Below, in pieces: positions 56,930 to 64,000 of a DNA stretch of 64,000 nucleotides. Each line of letters begins with the position of its first letter. The first letter of the stretch is position 1. The notes below the pieces were generated by a model, which saw only the letters and a program-made list of their open reading frames with translations, ran no database searches and was not told the DNA's origin. Made by a program: the position numbers and the translations under genes. Source of the DNA: the human T2T-CHM13v2.0 reference genome, Homo sapiens; the NCBI RefSeq assembly GCF_009914755.1, contig NC_060926.1; one strand, 5' to 3'.

Positions 56930-57598
56930 TGGCTAAAATCAAATAAACCTGACCCTTCCAACGGCTGGCAAAGATAAAGAGAAACCGGAATTCTCCAGTA
57001 ATTATGGTGGGAATGCAAAAAGGTACAGATACCATGGAAAACAGTTTGGTGCTTTCTCGAAAAGTTAAACATGCACTTAACTCTATGACCAGTAGTCACC
57101 TTTCTGGGCACTGAGCCTAGAGAAATGAAACGATGTCCACCCAAAAACCTATTTGGTACACACAAATGTTGAATAGCAGCTGTATTCATAGTCACCAAAG
57201 GCTGGAAATGACCTAAATGCCCCTCAAGAGGTGAAGGACAACCTGGTGCAACCACTCAAGGAAATACTACTCAGCAATACACAAGAACACAGAAACATGG
57301 ATGGATCTTAAGAGCATGATGCTAGAGAAAGAAGCCAGGGGCAAAAGGCCACATGCTGGACGGCTCCATTGACATGGCATTCTGCGAAAGGCAAAATTAT
57401 AGGGCCAGAAATCAGAAGGGTTGGTAGGGGCTAAGGGTAGGGGGAGGGTTTGACTACTGAGGGGCATGAGGGAACTTTTAGGGGAGATGGAAATATTCTA
57501 TATCTTGATTGTGGTGGTGGTGGTTATATAAAACTCATAGCACTGCACCCGAAAGAGTGAATTTTACTGAATATAAGTTATATCTCAGTTAAAAATAA
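56930..57598 (+). mobile_element. L1MB/ME 3' end
   Basis: GGTGGGAATGCAAAA, GGAAATACTACTCAGCAATA, ATGGAAATATTCTATATCTTGATTGTGG. Confidence 0.85.
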
Positions 57599-58544
57599 TA
57601 ACTTCACACATGTCCCATTCAAATACCAAGGGTTCTATGAGTCCACTGCTGTAGCTTTGGATTCAGTAGCTAAGGAAAGGAAGCTCAGCTGGCCATGGGT
57701 GAGACTGGAGCCCAGGTCTCTGGCTCCAGGGCAGAGCTTGCTGCCCTGCCCTGCTCTGCAGTGAGTCTCAGTGTCAGCAGCCATAGTCATCAGGCTCTGT
57801 GCCTAGGCCAAGAGAAGATCCACAGGTCAGCAGAGCAGTCCCTGCCTGCACCCAGGATGGGTCTGACCTGCCACATCAGACCTGGTCAAGGAGATGGACT
57901 GAGCTTCTGCTGCCCAGACAACCCCACCAGAGCCCTGGAATTGGGACCTGGGACCCCCGTCACAGCTGTACCCTGCAGTTGGTGGGAGGGGATGGCCCAT
58001 CTGTCCCCTTGTCCACCAGCTCTCTCAAGAGGCTCTCTCATCCACTCAAGAGGAGGCTTGTTTTGAGTCCTAAAAGCAGCATTCTTAAGCCTGGTGCGGG
58101 CAGCTCCTTTAAACACTGTATTTACTATCAACAGTGGCCCTGCACAGACAGAGCTAGCTCCGCATTTCTCCACCTGAGCAGGAGGGCCCCAGATGCCAGG
58201 CCCAGATAGCATAACAAAGAAATGGAAACACAATGGGCTCCAGGTCTGAAAACAAATACAACAGTGACACAGCAATGTCACCTGGAAAAGCTGTTGGGAG
58301 TTGCTATAAATGTAATAAAACGCTTTAAAGAGCAGATGACAGATTATCGAGCCATAGATATATTTGGGGCGATGGTGTGGCACAGGTTTGGGCCCTGTCA
58401 GGCCTGGTGGCATCTGAGCCTGGTTGTGCTGATTGGCATTTGCTTCCTTCTCTGGATGGGGGTAAACACCATGGCTCTGAGGAATACATGCAACGGCACA
58501 TCGGGAGGGCCCAGCACACCCTGGCACAGCGTAGGTGCTCAACA

Positions 58545-59170
58545 AACACTCATTTATCTAACAGGTATTTATGGACAGTCTACTGTGTGCCAGACACTCA
58601 TCTGGGGGTGTCAACACATTCATGAGCAAAACATCGGGGAGTTCATATTTTAATGGGAAGAGTGAGTTGATGAAAATCAGTTAAATAAAGCTCAGGTGGA
58701 GATGAATGATGAGGGCAAGGGGAGGGAGAGTGGTGGGGAAGGTGGTGTTTCAGATGAGGTGGTCAGAGAAGGTGGACCATGATGACATTTGGGCCCAACT
58801 GTCAAGAGATGAGGCCAAAGAGGAGGCCCAATATAACATTTGGGATGTACCCTGAATGAAGCCAAGAATCTTGCTGTGTGAATATCTGGAATGGAATATC
58901 TCCATTCCAGACTAACAGAACAGGAGACACCGAGGCTGGGGCGTGCTGGGTGTGTGTGAGGATCAACAGGGTACAGTGAGGCTGGAGCAGAGAGGGTGAC
59001 GGAAGAGCGGTGGGGGTGAGGTCACAGGTCATAGTGGACCTTGTAGATCACAGAAAGGTTTTGCATTTTAAGCCAAGTAATCTTGGAAGTCACAAGAGAG
59101 TTTCGAGCAGAGAAAAACAACACTCTTGCCACTGTGTGGCAATGAGATACGGGGCCCAGGCCGCTGAACC
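58545..59170 (-). mobile_element. L2
   Basis: TACTGTGTGCCAGACACT, GGTGGTCAGAGAAGG, GACCTTGTAGATCA. Confidence 0.7.
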
Positions 59171-59174
59171 TCGG

Positions 59175-59351
59175 TGCTGTTGATGCCTTTGCTGGGGGGC
59201 TGTCCTGCGCATTGCAGGATGTTTAGCAGCATCTCTGGGCTCTACCCAATGGGTGTCAGTAGCGCCCTCCACCCAGCTGTGACAACCAAAACTGTCTCCA
59301 GACATTGCCCAGTGGCCCTCAGCACAGAATCATCCCAGTTAAGAACCACTG
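59175..59351 (-). mobile_element. MER20 (hAT-Charlie)
   Basis: GGGGGCTGTCCTGCGCATTGCAGGATGTTTAGCAGCATC...TTAAGAACCACTG. Confidence 0.88.
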
Positions 59352-59659
59352 CAATATAGGGACAAAGTGGGAAACAGGAGCCCAGGAAAGGGTGTCCACA
59401 ACTGTACACACAGGAGGAGGCCACGGCTTAGACTACGGAAGGAGTTGGGGAGGCGGTAAGAAGCGATAGAGTCTGGGTTTATTCTAAGGGTAGTTCAAAC
59501 CAACAGGATTTGTTCCTTTTCTCTTTCCTTTGACCAAAGAGTATAGCTCCTGAGAATTTCGCCTGAGGCAATGATTCAACAGAACAAAAAGCTAAGTTCA
59601 CTGAGAATGCAGGGTCGTGTATCCACAGTCAATTACTGGAATCCATCCCTGACTCCAGC

Positions 59660-59899
59660 AAGTGCACTGTGGCAGGCCTGAGAGGCAGAAGAGCTGACCG
59701 TGCAGCTACAGCTCAAAAGGCATCTGCTAGAGAAAATGCTCTTGCTCAGGGAGGTTGCTCTTCCTCTACCCAGGCCTTCAACTGACTGGATGAGTGCCAC
59801 ACATGTTAAGGAGGGCAACCTCCTTACACAAGGCACACTGATTTCAGTGCTGATCTCATCCCAAACAGCCCCCAAGTTGACACAGAATAAACCATCACA
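59660..59899 (-). mobile_element. MLT2 (ERVL) LTR fragment
   Basis: AGGCCTTCAACTGACTGGATGAG...AAGTTGACACA.AATAAACCATCACA. Confidence 0.8.
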
Positions 59900-59904
59900 C
59901 CATA

Positions 59905-61232
<1,328 letters not shown>

Positions 61233-61675
61233 TAGAGTCAAATCGATCTTTTTTTAATTTTTTAAATAAAATGCATTTAAAAGAAATACAATGCTTCTGC
61301 ACATTAGAATATGTTATATTTCATAATCAGACAAATACATAATTATGTGTTTTTTTTACTTTAGTAAAACCTTTTCTTCTTTTTGTAAAATGCCACTTTA
61401 TGTTTTAACTCTAATTTTGGAGAGAGCTGATGCAAGTAAACGTTATCTACATGTCTTGGCCTGATGGTCACAGGCCTTTTCAGTAGAAAAAAAGACAGCT
61501 GCAAATCATCCCAAGAAACTTTTGGCAAGGATGTTGGCATGTAGAAGTAAGAATGTCAGTTTCCCCAAATTATTTATAGTTTTAAAGCAAATTCAATATT
61601 CCTCCCAAGATTTTTTTGTAACTATAGACAAGCTTCTTCTAAAATTTATATGGAAAGATAAAAGAATTAGAATGA

Positions 61676-62052
<377 letters not shown>

Positions 62053-62600
62053 TAGCAGTGCTAATCAAGGTAGTGTGCTATTGGCAGAGGGACAGATACA
62101 AAGACCAGTGGCGCAGGGCAGAGAATCTAGAAATAGACCCACACAAGCACAGCCAACTGTTTTGACAAAGTTGTAAAAGTCCAACAGCGATAATCTTTCC
62201 AACAAATGGCACTACAGCAACTGGACATGGAAAGTATGAAACTTGACCCAAATCTCACACCCTAGACAATAATCAAAAAGGGACACTGAACTGAAGTGTA
62301 AAACTGTAAAACTTCTAAAAGAAAATAGGAGGAAATCTTTGAGACTTCAGGCTGGCCAAGGACCTCCTAGATATACAAAAAGCATGATCCATAAAAGAAA
62401 AAAATTGACAAATTGGACCTTATGTTTTTTAAGTAAAAACCCTTGTTCTGCTGGCAATGCTACCACTACTATTAGCCCCTTTTCTGCCAGAACAAACCCC
62501 TGGAGCACATTTTAAGGAATATAATGAATCACATACCCAACTTGTATCCAGAATACATAAAGGACTCTCTAGACTCAGCTGTAAGAAACCAAAGAAACTG

Positions 62601-62909
62601 GGCCAGGCGCGGTGGCTCACACCTGTGACCCCAGCACCTTGGGAGGCCGAGGTGGGCAGATCATGAGGTCAGGATATCGAGACCATCCTGGCTAATATGC
62701 TGAAACCCTGTCTCTACTAAAAATACAAAAAATTAGCGGGGCATGGTGGCACGTGACTGTGGTCCCAGCTACTTGGGAGGTTGAGGCAGGAGAATTGCTT
62801 GAACCTGGGAAGCGAGGTTGCAGCGAGCTGAGATCATGCCACTGCACTCCAGCCTGGGCAACAGAGCAAGACTACATCTCAAAAAAAAAAAAAAGAAAGA
62901 AAAAGAAAA
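62601..62909 (+). mobile_element. AluSc/Y-like
   Basis: GAGACCATCCTGGCTAA; TSD core AAGAAACCAAA. Confidence 0.92.
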
Positions 62910-63449
62910 AAGAAACCAAATAATCCAATTGGAAAATGGGCAAAAGACACGAAAAGATGCTTCACCAAATACACACAAATGGCAAGAAAACATATGAAAA
63001 GATGTTCAGTATCACTAACCATTAGGGAAATGCAAATGAATGCCACAATAAAATACCATGATACACCTATTGGAATGACTAAAAAACAATTCTGGCAAGC
63101 AGGTAGAAACACTGGCTGTCTCATACATTGTTGGTGGGAATGTAAAATGGTACAGGCAGTCTGGAAATCAGCTTGGCAGTTTTTCAAATAGTTAAATATA
63201 TACTGACCACACAGCCCAGCAATCACATTCCTGAGCATTTATCCCAGGGAAGTGAAAAAAATGTTCATAAAAACACCTGCACACAATTGTTCATAGCAGC
63301 TTCATTTGTAATAGCCCCAAACCGGAAACAACCCAAATGTCCTTCAATGGGTGAATGGTTAAACAAACTAGTTACATACATTCCTTGGAATACCACTTAA
63401 CTCCAAAAAGGAATGAGGTATGGATACACACAATACGTGGGATGGATCT

Positions 63450-64000
63450 TGTGATGGTTAATTTTATATGTCAACCTGCTTAGTCTACAATACCCAGATA
63501 TGTGGTCAAACACCAGTCTAGATGTCACTGTGCAGATATTTTTACATGAGATTAACATTTAAATCAGTAGATTTGAATAGCAGATCAGCCAGGCATGGTG
63601 GCTCACACCTGTAATCCCGGCACTTTGGGAGGCTGAGGCGGGTGGATCACCTGATCAGGGGTTCAAGACCAGCCTGGCTAACATACTGAAACATGGTTTC
63701 TACTGAAAATACAAAAAATTAGCCGGGTGTGCGTGGTGGCACTCGCCTGTAATCCCAGCTTCTCAGGAGGCTGAGGCAGAAGAATCACTTGAACCCGGGA
63801 GGCAGTGGTTGCAGTGAGCCAAGATCACTCCCATTGCACTGTAGCCTGGGCAACAAGAGCAAAACTCTGTCTCAAAAATAAATAAATAAATAATAAAAAA
63901 TGAAGAAAGTAGATCACCTTCCTTAATCTGCTGGGTAGGTGGGCCTCATCCAATCAGTTGATGGCTTTCAGAGAAAAAGACTGAAGTCCCCCAAGGAAGA
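63450..64000 (+). mobile_element. MLT2 (ERVL) LTR, split by an Alu, runs off window
   Basis: TGTGATGGTTAATTTTATATGTCAAC start; GGTGGGCCTCATCCAATCAGTTGA. Confidence 0.85.
63587..63900 (+). mobile_element. AluS (Sq-like)
   Basis: GGGCAACAAGAGCAAAACTC; (TAAA)n tail. Confidence 0.92.

Noticed and set aside
57886-58653. 219-aa and 143-aa ORFs
   Set aside because: Overlap MIR/L2 remnants, no recognisable domain, no convincing splice or start context

Overview
Primate (most likely human) euchromatic DNA, intergenic or deep-intronic, with roughly half or more of the window made of interspersed repeats: about 30 Alus (J, S and Y types, many with readable target-site duplications), MIRs, L2, old L1M fragments, MaLR/ERV1/ERVL solo LTRs (often nested) and hAT/Tigger DNA-transposon fossils. 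I find no credible protein-coding exon, tRNA, rRNA or CRISPR array, and the long ORFs in the track come from Alus or low-complexity sequence. I cannot name the locus. The most unusual signal is a cluster of three short (44-170 bp) direct-orientation local copy-paste events between 29.7 and 43.3 kb, each with donor and acceptor 2.7-4.8 kb apart and the acceptor copy interrupting an older repeat. One donor (36810-36866) carries an extra arm, absent from its sister copy, that completes a pre-miRNA-sized hairpin. Also present are candidate CTCF sites, two TATA-containing motif clusters, candidate non-coding exons on both strands, and three large non-B-DNA-prone tandem tracts. Repeat subfamily names come from recalled consensus sequences, not a database search, and boundaries of old elements are approximate.
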